Shown piece after piece: positions 25,125-38,300 of a stretch of 64,000 nt of DNA. The first letter of the stretch is position 1; every line of letters starts with the position of its first letter. Where the stretch lies: NCBI GenBank assembly GCA_964016885.1, contig OZ024743.1:167028001-167092000 (forward strand). Reading direction: 5' to 3'. This DNA comes from Eledone cirrhosa (Eukaryota). The notes under the pieces were generated by a model. The model was not told the DNA's origin. It saw only the letters and a list, made by a program, of their open reading frames with translations, and searched no databases. Made by a program: the position numbers and the translations under genes.

Positions 25125-25346
25125 TGAATTTCTCCTAAGTATTCAATACTCTGTTGAGAAATACATTTTACATAAACAGTCTTTGTACCATTTATACGGT
25201 ATTAATTACTTATATTTATATATATATATATATATAGCGTATGATTAGAACTGTGTTTATTATTAATATTTTAATGGATTTAATGAAAAATTTTAGGTGT
25301 TCATATATATATTCTAAAACTGCGCGAAATCGTGAATCCGCGATAG

Positions 25347-25868
25347 TTGAACCGCCAAGTAGCGAGGTATCACTGTATATATGTTTTAATATATAGTGTA
25401 GCTGTGATGTATCTCGCGAGTGAATCGAGACCTGTCACTGATTTTGGTGTCCCCACTGCCGATGTGAATGAGCAACGCTGCACTTGTGAATTGGGTCTTG
25501 ATGTTGCAGGCAGTTCATATACTTACAATGATGCGGTCCCACAAGCTTGTTCACATTCCTGTGCTAATAATCTAGATGGGCGTATTAAATTGGATGTGAA
25601 AGCAGCTTACCGGATGCGGAATCGGGAGAAGTTGAGACAAAAACAGGCCGATTATAGAGCTGTGAATTTTGCTAAATTAACACAAAAACAGGCCAAGTAT
25701 AGATGTTCAAAACGGTATGAGTTGGCAAACAAGCAGGCCAAGTATAGATCTGCAAATTCAGCTATTATATCTCAAAAGCAAGCCGAGCGTAGAGCTTCTA
25801 AACGTACCGAGTTGGCTAAAGAGCAGACCGAGTACAGATCTGCAAATATCTTATTGCACAAACAATAA
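25347..25868 (+). other. ORF fragment with five 15-aa basic helical repeats, probably TE-derived
   Basis: KQAxYRxxNxxxLxx periodicity in the 3' half. The nominal start overlaps a MITE-like end (..CGAGGTATCACTGTA, ~25320-25378). Confidence 0.45.
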
Positions 25869-25892
25869 TTCTGCACAAATGTTGCTCCATTA

Positions 25893-26075
25893 TTTTGGCA
25901 GTATTGGTAGAGGGTCGGATGCCATGCTTTCCAGCATAGTTACGTCCCTTTACAATCTGAGTTCAAATCCTGCCGAGGTTGACTTTGCCTTTCATCCTTA
26001 CGGGGTAGATAAAATAAAGTACCAGTAATGCACTGGGTAATTGCTGGCCTTGTGCCTAAAGTATAAACAATTATT
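25893..26075 (+). mobile_element. tRNA-derived SINE
   Basis: Same family as 62649-62831; B box GAGTTCAAATCC. Confidence 0.88.
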
Positions 26076-26257
26076 AGATCTAATGTTGCAACGATACAGT
26101 TAAATGTTGTCTGTGTATTTTAAAAAAGATTTGCTTATAATCTTTTCAAATTTCATTACGCCAATGATTCAAGCTCAAATTGACATTATCTAAAAAATTG
26201 TACAAACAGCGGTGGATTAGCAGTAGTGAACAGATAAATCAGTCAATTTATTAAGAT

Positions 26258-26912
26258 TGACTTGGCATCAATCAGCAAGACCTTCATTAGCTGCTCTCCA
26301 GCCATCTATTTAAAGCTGTATACATCTATGGTACGAATACACTTGGAGTTCGCGTCATCAGTCTGGAACCCCTATCTTGCTCAGAACATTGACCTCCTGG
26401 AAACTGTTCAGAGACATGCAACCAAGCGCATACCCTCCATCAGACACCTACCATACCCTGAATATTTTGCTTCCCTCTGGCAATGGACTTGGTAAACACC
26501 CACAAAGTTATTAACCATCCGACCAACAACAACCCCGAACACCTTTTTGATCTCCATGTGTCTAACACGTGGACATGCCTACAAAGTCAGAAAACAACAC
26601 AGCTCCCATGACTTTAGGAAATATTTCTTCATGCTCAGAGTTGCTGAAGGATGGAACAAACTTCCTGCATCAGTTGTTAGCTGATGACACACTGCATCCT
26701 TTAAACCATCATACATTCCGAAATACACCAAAACTACACCTGATGTCCCCCTTCCATACACATGCACATATGTGTATATCATGACTCATGCACTGTTCTT
26801 TTTTCCTGACGTTTTTATATTACCCTATGTATTATATATGCACTTTTGATGAGTTGTAGTGCACCTCAGCATTGTACACAATATTTTCATTATTATTATC
26901 ATTATTATTATT
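26258..26912 (+). mobile_element. CR1-clade LINE 3' fragment
   Basis: LYTSMVRIHLEFASSVWNPY..LETVQRHATK; related to 35428-35940; (ATT)n tail. Confidence 0.88.
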
Positions 26913-27369
26913 ACACTCATTGATCCATTTTGCACTAACTCTGCATCAAGCACCCTCACCTAAATATTAACCAATCAAGGATCCAATACAGCTATCTGTT
27001 GGATGAGTATTGTATAGTGCCAAAAACGAAACCAATCAGTTTAGCAGAAAATTTCCAGACAAGAAACACGCATATTTTGCTATCCTCAAACACGTTTACA
27101 CATGGCATGAAATATAACTAATCCGAGATGGCTAGGTTTCATCTTCTAACTGGATATACGAAATCCATTATGTCTTGACAACAACATGAGGTAACATTAT
27201 GTTATTCACAGACACACTTTGTACACTGTTCCATATCAGAATGTATTTCCTTCGTCACATTCACAAACAGTATTGAAAATATGTTCTTCGGCAAATAAAA
27301 ATGTTTTGTTCATAATATTTCAACTAGCGATTGCTCTACTCCACGCACGACCACCATAAATTAATGACC

Positions 27370-27555
27370 AGCTCAACACAAGTATTGGTAGAGCGTCAGA
27401 CACCATGCTTTGCAGTATTGTTATGGTCCTTTGCATTCTAAGTTCAAATCCTGCCGAGGTTAACTTCGACTTTCATACTTACTAATTCGATAAAATAAAG
27501 TACCAGTAATGGACTGCCGTAATGGATTTGTGCCGAAAAATAGAAACACTATTAA
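27370..27555 (+). mobile_element. Degenerate tRNA-derived SINE
   Basis: AGTTCAAATCCTGCCGAGGTT..GATAAAATAAAGTACCAGT. Confidence 0.75.
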
Positions 27556-28104
27556 TGTGCAATAAGAGCAAAATATAACGACATTGCTCAATTATTTTAT
27601 CTAATGTTGTAATAACACAAGGAAATGTTGTTTGTGTATTTTTTTTTATATTTGCTCATAGGCTTTTACAATTTCGCTCAGCCAACAACTATTAAAAAGT
27701 GAGTTGCTTAAGATAACAATTTAATCACAAATTGTTGCTATCTTTTAATACACTCCAACAAGTCATCCAATTATGTACAATAAAAACAAATCTTATTAAT
27801 TTGCTCAGGGAATATAAAGAAAATGTATATACACTGATAATTGCAATTGTATGTAAATATTTTGTTTTTGTATTGTTTATTTTATGTTTTCTATTATGTA
27901 TAATATATTGATTTAATATTGATTGTTTTTTGTAGTTGTTTATATTAAAAGTCTGAAAATATTTTTATACATCTTACACTAATATTTATAAGATAATTTA
28001 TAATAACAATTACATAATCTAATTACATTACAACGATAATTTATTATTAATATATATCCTCTTTAACTAGAGTTATTACAAGCGTTGCCTTAAAAAAATA
28101 TTAA

Positions 28105-29061
28105 ACTAGACATGAAAAATGCGCAAGCTCAAAAGTGCCACAGAATGTTATAATAAACCTTCAAAAGTGTGGGACTAGAGTTGTTGCTAAAAAATATTGT
28201 AATCATTATATATCGTACATTCTGTGGCATCCTTTATAAAAATAGCTTAAACCAACGAAGCCTTTATTTTTACGCTATTTCACTTAGTTAATTCTTAGAG
28301 TGTAACATATAAAAATAAATACATCTATGTTTAATGTAATAACAGCTATAAATAATTACGTAATATTATTATCATATACTCATAGTAACAAAATAATTGT
28401 GTTGAAAATTAATATGATGCTTATATGAACGATCAAATCTATAATGATAATTTCTTAAATATACTAATAGTAAAATAATTTAGTTATCTATTGTTACATT
28501 TTCATAGAACTATAATATTAACAATCGTATTGCATTATCAAATTTTTATCACTACAAACTTTCATATTGGAATTACCTTAAGCCACTTATTATTACTTCG
28601 CTTTCGTACTTTTACAGCTGTAGATATTGCGCTGTATCTTATATCTAATATCAATATCTCATGGTAATTTGCATGCAGTGTAAAATAGGTTTATTAATAA
28701 CTTTAATATGAAATGTATTATACAGGGCTGCGGAGTCGGCCAAAAATTGACTGGCTCCAACTCAGGATCCGATATTCCCTTATTTCCTAAATTTCAGCTC
28801 CGCAGCTCTGTTATTATATTAATTAATTTATTTTATAGTTGTAAATCATATTTTTATATGTTACACTCTAAGAATTAACTAAGTGAAATAGCGTAAAAAT
28901 AAAGGCTTCGTTGGTTTAAGCTATTTTTATAAAGGATGCCACAGAATGTACGATATATAATGATTACAATATTTTTTAGCAACAACTCTAGTCCCACACT
29001 TTTGAAGGTTTATTATAACATTCTGTGGCACTTTTGAGCTTGCGCATTTTTCATGTCTAGT
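28105..29061. mobile_element. Fold-back element with 213-bp inverted arms ending in CTAG
   Basis: 28105-28317 is the reverse complement of 28849-29061 with no mismatch noticed; 531-bp AT-rich spacer. Confidence 0.9.
28723..28810. mobile_element. 88-bp hAT-type MITE
   Basis: TIR CAGGGCTGCGGAG / CTCCGCAGCTCTG; 8-bp TSD gtattata/ttattata (7 of 8 match). Confidence 0.7.
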
Positions 29062-29351
29062 ATATACTTGTCCGCCATTGCAAAAGGCCATAAATTCAAA
29101 ATTTTGAAGAGAGAGGAAAAGGGAGAAGTGATCTATGAACTTGTAGCATCTCACTGACCCCCCCCCCCCCCCCGTCACCACAATAACAATAACGCCTACA
29201 CTCGCTCCCCACCATCACCACATTACTCTAAGGTCGCTGTCCTGTCCCCTGTTGACATACTGCTGACTCTCTTTTGATGTATGTATGTGTATATACATAT
29301 ATATATGTGTATGTGTGTGTATATGTATATCTCAGTGGATGCGACCAGATT

Positions 29352-29700
29352 TCAACACAGCAACAACTACAACAACAACAGCAGCAACACCAACACCAAC
29401 AACAACAACAACAGCAACAACACCATCGTCTGTGTTGAATGTGTGTGTATGTATTTGTATATATGCGACAGCAATAACAGCATCAACACCATTGTCTGCA
29501 GTAACAGCAGCAGTGAAATGAAGGACAACAACAACAGCAACAACGACAACAACTACAATAACAACTACAGCACCAACAACTGCCACCACCATCACTGACC
29601 ATCCACCACCACCACGCTGATACCATCCACCACCACCACACTGACACCATCCACCACCGCCATTACCAGCGTAAAGCAAACAATTATTATTGTTATTGTT
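29352..29700. repeat. Compound (CAA)n/(CAG)n/(CCA)n microsatellite
   Basis: Direct reading. Confidence 0.9.
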
Positions 29701-29934
29701 ATTATATACAAGCCGAACTGGACTGGGAAAGGTCAACAGTTGACATGATAGTGATTTTGACGATTTTGATTTTGTATCAGTACTGTCGGTAATATATGTA
29801 TATATATATATGTTTGTGAGTGGTGTGTGTGATTGTATTCATGAATGAGTGTTGGTATGTGTGGTTGTGGTTTGTATGCATGAGTATTGGTGTGTGAGTC
29901 GTGTCAATAAGTTTTTTTTTTTTTTTTTTTTTTA

Positions 29935-32900
29935 ATGACCATGCTGTAAAATGGAGGGGTAGAGAGGGCCCTTGAGTCTAGTAAGACATCCTCTCTAGTG
30001 CTGGTGGCACAAATAAAAGCACCCAGTCCATGCTGTAAAGTGGCGCTGGTGTTAGGAAGGGCATCCAACCAGTGTATCAATGCCAAAAAGCTTATCAGCA
30101 CAGCAACAAAACAGCATAGAAAAATATGAAGACGTCGCATCTCAGAGTTGCAACACTTAATGTTGGCACTCTCAGAGGTAGATCTGCTGAAATAGCGGAG
30201 ATACTGGAGAGAAGGCAGGTGGATGTGTGCTGCGTGCAAGAGGTGAGATGGAGAGGTGCCTCTGCGAGACTAGTCGTAGGCAAGCGTCTTAGCTATAAGC
30301 TATTCTGGGTAGGTAAGGATGATGGGTTAGGGGGAGTAGGCATTTTCCTGGCTGAGAAATGGATCAATAAGACAATAGAGGTAGTTCGAGTTAGTAATCG
30401 AATAATTAAGCTTAGATTAGTTGTAGGTAGGAGACTACTGACAATCATCTCGGTCTATGCTCCCCAAGCAGGCCTAGGCAAATATGAGAAAGACTGCTTT
30501 TATGAGCAACTTTTGCAAACAACCACAATGACAGAGGACGGAGACATCGTTATGCTAGCAGGAGACTTCAATGGTCATGTTGGACAGCTCCAGGATGGTT
30601 ACACTGGGGTACATGGTGGGCACGGTTACGGTTCAAGAAATGAAGAAGGAGTGAGACTTATTGAATTTTGTGATGCAAGTACATTGACTATTTGCAACAC
30701 AAACTTCCAGAAACCTGCCAATCACCTAATAACCTACAAATCTGGTGAGCACATAAGCCAGATTGACTTCCTGCTAGTTAGGCAGCGGGACAGGCAGATA
30801 GTGTCTAATACCAAGGCATACCCTGAGGAAGAATGTACCCCACAGCATAGGTTAGTTGTTAGTGATATCTCAGTAAGCAAGAGATGGAATGAGACATATA
30901 GGAAGGTGTGGAGAAGAAAGGTCTGGAAGCTAAAAGACCTTTCACTAAAATTCAAATTTAGGAAAGCCCTTCAAGATGTATATGACGAAAAAGAAGACGA
31001 TTTAGAGACGTATGACATAGATAATAACTGGAAGTTCTTACGTGACAACTTGCTGAAGGCTACTGATGAAACCTGTGGCTGGAGCAGAGCTCCAACCAGA
31101 CAGAGAGTGACCTGGTGGTGGAACAGCACAGTAGATAAGGCTATTAGAGACAAAAGACTAGCATGGAAGGCTTGGAAAAAGGGTGGGAGTAGGGAAGAAT
31201 ATACAGCCACTAAGAGAGAAGCTAGACGTCAGGTGTACTTAGCACGCAGGGAGGCAGAGAGTAGGAGGTTTGACAATGTTCTGCGACGGGAAGATCAGAG
31301 GCGTGCGGTGTTCCACATTGCAAGGCAGTGTGTCAATGCAAATCAGGATGTTGTTGGTGATAAATGTGTCCGGGATGATGCCGGTGTACTTAGTGTCACG
31401 AATGACCAGAAAAAGGAGGCCTGGAAATGTCATTATGAGAGACTGATGAATGTGGAGAACGAATGGGAGAGAGAGAAATTACCCTTGGTAGATCCGACAG
31501 AGGGACCAGCTATTGAGATTGACGAATATAGGGTCCAAGAGGCGATTAGGGAAATGAAAAATGGTAAGGCGGCCGGACCATCGGGAATAGTTGCTGAGAT
31601 GCTGAAGGCATCAGGGGACGTAGGCACTAAACTGGTTGCACGCATCATCAATCAGGCTATATATGGTGGTGTCATACCCAAAGACTGGTGCAGCAGTATT
31701 CTCATAAATTGCTACAAAGGTAAAGGGGATGCTTTGGAGAGGAGCAATTATAGGGGTATAAAACTGATAGATCAAGTTATGAAAGTGGCAGAAAGGATTT
31801 TAGCACAACTAATTAGGGAAAGGGTCAAACTAGATGAGATGCAGTTTGGTTTTGTGCCTGGGAAGAGTACAACAGATGCCCTCTTCTTGGTGAGACAAAT
31901 GCAAGAGAGGTTCTTAGAGAAGAATAAGCCACTATACTTAGCCTTTGTTGACCTAGAGAAGGCCTTTGATAGGGTACCCCGATCTGTCATCTGGTGGTCC
32001 CTAAGGAAGCTGGGTGTTGAGGAATGGCTTGTGAGGACAGTGCAAACTTTGTACAGAGGTACTCTCAGTAAAGTCAGGGTAGGAATGGAGTTTAGTGAGG
32101 AATTCCAGATACAAGTAGGAGTACATCAGGGTTCGGTCCTCAGCCCGCTCTTGTTCATTATAGTCCTCCAAGCCATAACAGAGGAGTTTAAGACTGGCTG
32201 TCCATGGGAACTTCTCTATGCTGACGATCTGGCTCTTATGGCAGAATCAGTAGAGGAGCTAGAGAATAAATTCCGGCTATGGAAACAGCAGTTGGAAGCA
32301 ATAGGACTGAGAGTAAATCTAGCTAAGACAAAAGTGTTGATGAGTAGAAAAGAGGACAAAACCCTGATTCCGTCAGGGAAATGGCCATGTTCGATATGCA
32401 GAAAAGGAACTGGCATAAATTCTATAAAATGCACACAATGCAGATCCTGGGTACACAAGAGATGTAGTGGGATAGCAGGCAAACTAACAGGTAGGGAGAA
32501 ATATGTATGCAGTAGATGTACAGGGAAATTAGACAGTAGAAGTCGCACTGATAGACACATTTTTCAAATGCGAGAGGGCGCTATAGAAGTGGTGGATAGC
32601 TTCCGGTACCTAGGAGATCAGATTAGCATGGGAGGAGGGTGTTCCGAGGCCATAGTATCTAGAATAAGGACGGGTTGGAAGAAGTTTAGGGAGCTTCTTC
32701 CTCTGTTGACGAAGAAGGGTTTCTCCCTGCGTACGAAAGGCCGGTTGTATGATGCCTGTGTGAGGAGCGCGATGCTGCATGGTAGTGAGACATGGGCAGC
32801 AACCGCAGAAGATATGCGACGGCTGGAGAGAAATGAGGCAAGCATGCTCCGTTGGATGTGCAGTGTAAATGTGCGTGAACGACCCAGCATAAATGTGTTG

Positions 32901-33220
32901 AGAGAGAAACTGTGTCTGAGAGGGATAGAATGTAGTGTACGGGAGAGGAGACTGAGGTGGTATGGACATGTGATGCGCATGGAGGATGACCGATGGGTGA
33001 AGAAGTGCCAGGAAATGCCAGTTGAAGGAAGACGTGGTAGAGGTAGACCACGAAAAACATGGGCGGAGGTGGTGAGAACAGACCTCAGATCATTGAAGCT
33101 CACGGTGGAGATGACGAGGGACCGTGACGAGTGGAGAGATGCTGTGCTGAATAAGACCCGTCCCACCCTTGCAAGCAGGGAAAAGCGGACGTAAAATGAT
33201 GATGATGATGATGATGATGA
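29935..33220 (+). mobile_element. Apparently full-length RTE-clade LINE, family A
   Basis: Short 5' UTR, one uninterrupted ORF, (GAT)n tail right after the stop, then (TA)n. Confidence 0.95.
30126..33194 (+). CDS. RTE ORF: APE endonuclease + reverse transcriptase with an embedded C4HC3 (PHD-like) finger
   Basis: 1022 aa; TLNV, VQE, GDFNGH, QIDF, QH (APE); DLEKAFD, HQGSVLSP, YADD (RT); CxxC..CxxC....HxxC..CxxC; RRLRWYGHV. Confidence 0.95.
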   Translation: MKTSHLRVATLNVGTLRGRSAEIAEILERRQVDVCCVQEVRWRGASARLVVGKRLSYKLFWVGKDDGLGGVGIFLAEKWINKTIEVVRVSNRIIKLRLVVGRRLLTIISVYAPQAGLGKYEKDCFYEQLLQTTTMTEDGDIVMLAGDFNGHVGQLQDGYTGVHGGHGYGSRNEEGVRLIEFCDASTLTICNTNFQKPANHLITYKSGEHISQIDFLLVRQRDRQIVSNTKAYPEEECTPQHRLVVSDISVSKRWNETYRKVWRRKVWKLKDLSLKFKFRKALQDVYDEKEDDLETYDIDNNWKFLRDNLLKATDETCGWSRAPTRQRVTWWWNSTVDKAIRDKRLAWKAWKKGGSREEYTATKREARRQVYLARREAESRRFDNVLRREDQRRAVFHIARQCVNANQDVVGDKCVRDDAGVLSVTNDQKKEAWKCHYERLMNVENEWEREKLPLVDPTEGPAIEIDEYRVQEAIREMKNGKAAGPSGIVAEMLKASGDVGTKLVARIINQAIYGGVIPKDWCSSILINCYKGKGDALERSNYRGIKLIDQVMKVAERILAQLIRERVKLDEMQFGFVPGKSTTDALFLVRQMQERFLEKNKPLYLAFVDLEKAFDRVPRSVIWWSLRKLGVEEWLVRTVQTLYRGTLSKVRVGMEFSEEFQIQVGVHQGSVLSPLLFIIVLQAITEEFKTGCPWELLYADDLALMAESVEELENKFRLWKQQLEAIGLRVNLAKTKVLMSRKEDKTLIPSGKWPCSICRKGTGINSIKCTQCRSWVHKRCSGIAGKLTGREKYVCSRCTGKLDSRSRTDRHIFQMREGAIEVVDSFRYLGDQISMGGGCSEAIVSRIRTGWKKFRELLPLLTKKGFSLRTKGRLYDACVRSAMLHGSETWAATAEDMRRLERNEASMLRWMCSVNVRERPSINVLREKLCLRGIECSVRERRLRWYGHVMRMEDDRWVKKCQEMPVEGRRGRGRPRKTWAEVVRTDLRSLKLTVEMTRDRDEWRDAVLNKTRPTLASREKRT

Positions 33221-33272
33221 TATATATATATATATAAATGTATATATACGTATATATATGTATATATATATG

Positions 33273-33303
<31 letters not shown>

Positions 33304-33319
33304 GTATATATATATATAT

Positions 33320-33499
33320 AATAGTAATATACGTGAACGACAAAGCATAAACGAACTAAAGGAAAAATTAGAAATAAGAGGGATCAAATGTTGTTTACTC
33401 GAGAGAAGGCTACGTTGGTATGGTCACGCGATGCGCATGAAAGACGACAGCTGTATAAAAAAGTGCAGAGCAATAAAGATAGACGGTAGCCACGGAGTG
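33320..33499 (+). mobile_element. Internal RTE family B fragment
   Basis: [17 protein letters not shown]; truncated at both ends. Confidence 0.88.
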
Positions 33500-34503
<1,004 letters not shown>

Positions 34504-34580
34504 TTACCCACTCTACTACCCTAAGTATTGAGTACTTTGGTGGGTTATGGTCCACCTTGTTCCTTACCACATTTCCTCCG

Positions 34581-34616
<36 letters not shown>

Positions 34617-34780
34617 TATATATATATATATATATAAATATTTACTCGTTGTTAACCCAACAATTTAAATATAACTTTCCATGTATATATATATATATAT
34701 ATATATATAAATATACACATATAAATATATACATATCCGCCGCTGTCGTCGTCATCATCAATATATATATATATATATAT

Positions 34781-35355
34781 AAAGTCGATAGCTGTATAAC
34801 AAAGTGCAGGGCAATAAAGATAGATGGTAGCCACGGAATAGGCAGACCTAGAAAATCCTGGGACGAGCTGATAAACTCCGACCTCACACACTTACACCTC
34901 TCCAAGACAATGTCACTGGACCGAGACCTTTGGCGGTACTCAGTAATAGAGAAGACCCGCCTTACCTAAATACATAGTAAAACCTACTACAGCCAGTAGG
35001 CATCTCTAACAAAATACACCCCCGTCCCACCACCCACACCCCATCCACACCACCCCCTCCTATGTAAAGTTATGTTGGTGCCACAACATCCAGGCCGAAA
35101 CAAATGAGATCGTGTAGGTGTCACGACAAAAAAAACACACAGTCCACGCTGTAATGTGGCCGTGTAGGCAACACGGTAAAAACCTCCCAGTCCCACACTG
35201 TAAATGTGGTTGGTGTTAGGAAGGGTATCCAACTGTAGAAAACCTGCCAGACAATCCTATGCGAGCAAGACAATCACTCTTGCCTCAAGTGGGAATACCC
35301 CCGTCCAAACCCATGCAAGCGTGGAACACGGACGTTAAACGTTGATGATGATGAT
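34781..35355 (+). mobile_element. 5'-truncated RTE family B copy
   Basis: ORF end, 3' UTR and (GAT)n tail. Confidence 0.92.
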
Positions 35356-35359
35356 ATAT

Positions 35360-38300
35360 ACAATAAAATATGTCCATAGAATCATTTGATGAAATATATA
35401 CACCATCTCCTCTCCGAATCAGTATAATCAACTGTAGTGTTGGCGGATCTCGGGAAGCATGGAGGCCTTAAAGGATGCAGTGTCTCGACAGTTAACAACT
35501 GATGCAGGTAGTTTGTTCCATGCTTCAGCAACTCTGAGCGTGAAAAAATGTTTCTGAAAGTCATGGGAACTGTGCTGTTTTCTGACTTTGTGGGCATGTC
35601 CACGTGTGTTAGACACATGGAAATCAAAACGGTACTCAGGGTTGTTGTTGGCAAGATGGTTAACAATTTTGTGGGTGTTTACCAAGTCAGTTGCCAGGCG
35701 TCGGAGCTTCAATGTATCCATGCCCAGGGAAGCAAGGCGCTCAGAGTATGGTAGATGCCTGATGGAGGGTATTCGTGATCGCACGTCTCTGAACAGTTTC
35801 CAGGTGGTCAATGTTCTGAGCAAGATAGGGGTTCCAGACTGGTGATGTAAATTCTGAGAGTGGCCGCACCATAGCCATGTACAGCCTTAAATAGATATCT
35901 GGAGAGCGGCTGACAAAGGTCTTGCTGAGTGATGCTAAGACATCATCGCCCTCTTGACAATTTTAGAGACGTGCTTCGTCCAACGCAAATCGCTGCTGAC
36001 CGTAATGCACAGGTCACGTTCACAAGAAGACTTCTTGATATTAGTGCTGTGGAGGGAGTATGTGGACGCTGGGTTTTTACTCCCAAAATGCATGGTGGTG
36101 CACTTGTCCACAGCTAGCTTGAGTTGCCAGTCTGAGATCCATTGTTGCATTGTGTCCAGGTCAGACTGCAAACAAGATCTATAGTGTTCAGGATCTGTCC
36201 TTTTTATCTCAAGGTACAGCTTGATGTCATCTGCGTACTTTAGTACCGTGGCATTCTTTAAGTTGGCATCTATGTCATTAATATATGCCACAAACAAAAG
36301 GGGGCCAAGAACAGATCCCTGTGGTACACCAGATGACATCTCATATGGTGAGGAATGCTGTCCCAGAACCATGACTACCTCTCTTCGACTGAGAATGAAG
36401 GACTTCAACCAGTTAAAAAGATCATCCTTCACACCCATTGCAGAGAGTTTTGCCGTAAGCCTTTTGTGTGGCACAGAATTGAAGGCTTTCGCAAAGTCAA
36501 GGAAAACAACATCCACCCATGAGCCGCCATCAGTGATCCGGGTGATGTCCTCAAGAAACTCTATAAGTTGATCACAGCAGCTGGAGTTGGGGATAAATCC
36601 AAATTGCGAGGGCCGGATAAGACTGAGAGCTCCAGAAGTTCCAAAGTGTTTCTCTGACACAGGATTCCATCAGTTTGGCGATGCAACTAGTAAGGCTGAC
36701 TGGACGATAGTTCACAGATGATGTGCAGTCACCCTTTTTGAACAGAGGAATGACACTGGCAGTTTTCCACTGTTCTGGAGTAGCACTGTTGTTCAGACAG
36801 AATTGGAAGAAGCGTGATAACTGGTGCAGAAGCAAGTACCCACCACGTTTAAGAAGCAGGTACGTAACACCATCAAGACCAGGAGAGGCATGGTTGCGTT
36901 TATTTTTTAGGTGACGTTGCAGCATTGGAGGTGTAAATTCCATGGTTGTAATAGAGTCCGGTATCTCAGGTGGTGGAGATGGTACACTCTGGTCTTCAAT
37001 AGTGAAAATGCCTGCATAGCATTCAGCAATGAGCTCTGCGCATTCCTTGGGGTCGTCAGTAACCTGGCTTGTGTGGGGATTGCGAAGAGGACCAACTGGA
37101 GAGTGAGGCCTCTGCTTTGAGTGAACATACTTCCAGAACACCTTACTGTCAGGGCTGGTTGCTATGCGCTGCTCAAATTGAAGCACTGCCTTTTTTGTCA
37201 CCTGTTTGAGGTGGTTAGACGATCTATTTCACCTCTTCCTATTAATGTCTGATTTGTGAAGTTTGTACTCATGTTCAGCATTGCGCCGTTCTTTTCTGGA
37301 AAGACGGACTGCTGCAGTCTCCCAAATTGCACTTTTGGGATGTTTTTTCCGCTTACGTGGCACCAATGCTGCACATGCTGTCCATATTGAACTCAGGATG
37401 TTCTGGAGTACAGTGTTGACATCTCCAGAGTCGTAGAACTCAAGCCTGTTTGGCCGTTGCAACTCGGCGCAGTAACAGTTCCAGTCTGCTCTATTCCAGT
37501 CAAAGTGAGCAGTTTGGAGATGGTTGTGGTTCTTGTTACTGCCCATGAGGGATAGATTGGCAATGATCATAGCATGATCAGAGTCACCTAAAGGTTCCTC
37601 AGCAGTAACACTAATGACCGTTTCAGGAGTAGTGGTGAATAGTAGGTCCAAAGTGTTGTCACCTCTTGTTGGGGAGGTGACCACTTGGGACCAACTCGAG
37701 TCCACTACTCCTGAAACCAACTCGAGTCCACTAGCTCAAGGAAGTCATTTGCACTTGGCGGCCAACGAAAGGTTCCCCAGTCAATCTCAGAGTGATTGAA
37801 GTCTCCTGCAATGAAAACATAAGTGGCTGTCTTCCTGGCAGCAGCTCTGAGGATATCACAAAGTTGAGTGTCCTGATGGTAATTTGGAGGACGGTAAACG
37901 ACTCCAAGTAGCAGTGTTGACATGGTCATACGTATATCGCAGAAAAAAACTTCCTGCTGTGATTGGTTCAAATCAACACAAGGAATTGCCGAAAGATTTG
38001 ACCGAACGTAGACCATTACACCACCACCACCACGATTAATGCGGTCTTTACGAAACAGGTTGTAGCCAGTCATGCTGAAAACCCCATCACAGAGTAAGGG
38101 ATGTGCCCAAGTTTCCGTGACTGTAATGAAGTCAGCGTTGATACTTTTGACGTAGGAGTAAAAAGATGAATCTTATTGCATAGACTACGTGCATTCAAGG
38201 ACAACAATTTGTACCTTGATTCCAGTATTTGACTATGTGCAGGGGATAGCAGGTTGTTCTGATTTAGTTTCCCAGAGTTTTTTCAGTTTCTTTATTGTCA

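Noticed and set aside
32618-33343. Antisense ORFs over the RTE and R4 copies
   Set aside because: They are shadow frames of TE coding sequence with no independent motifs.
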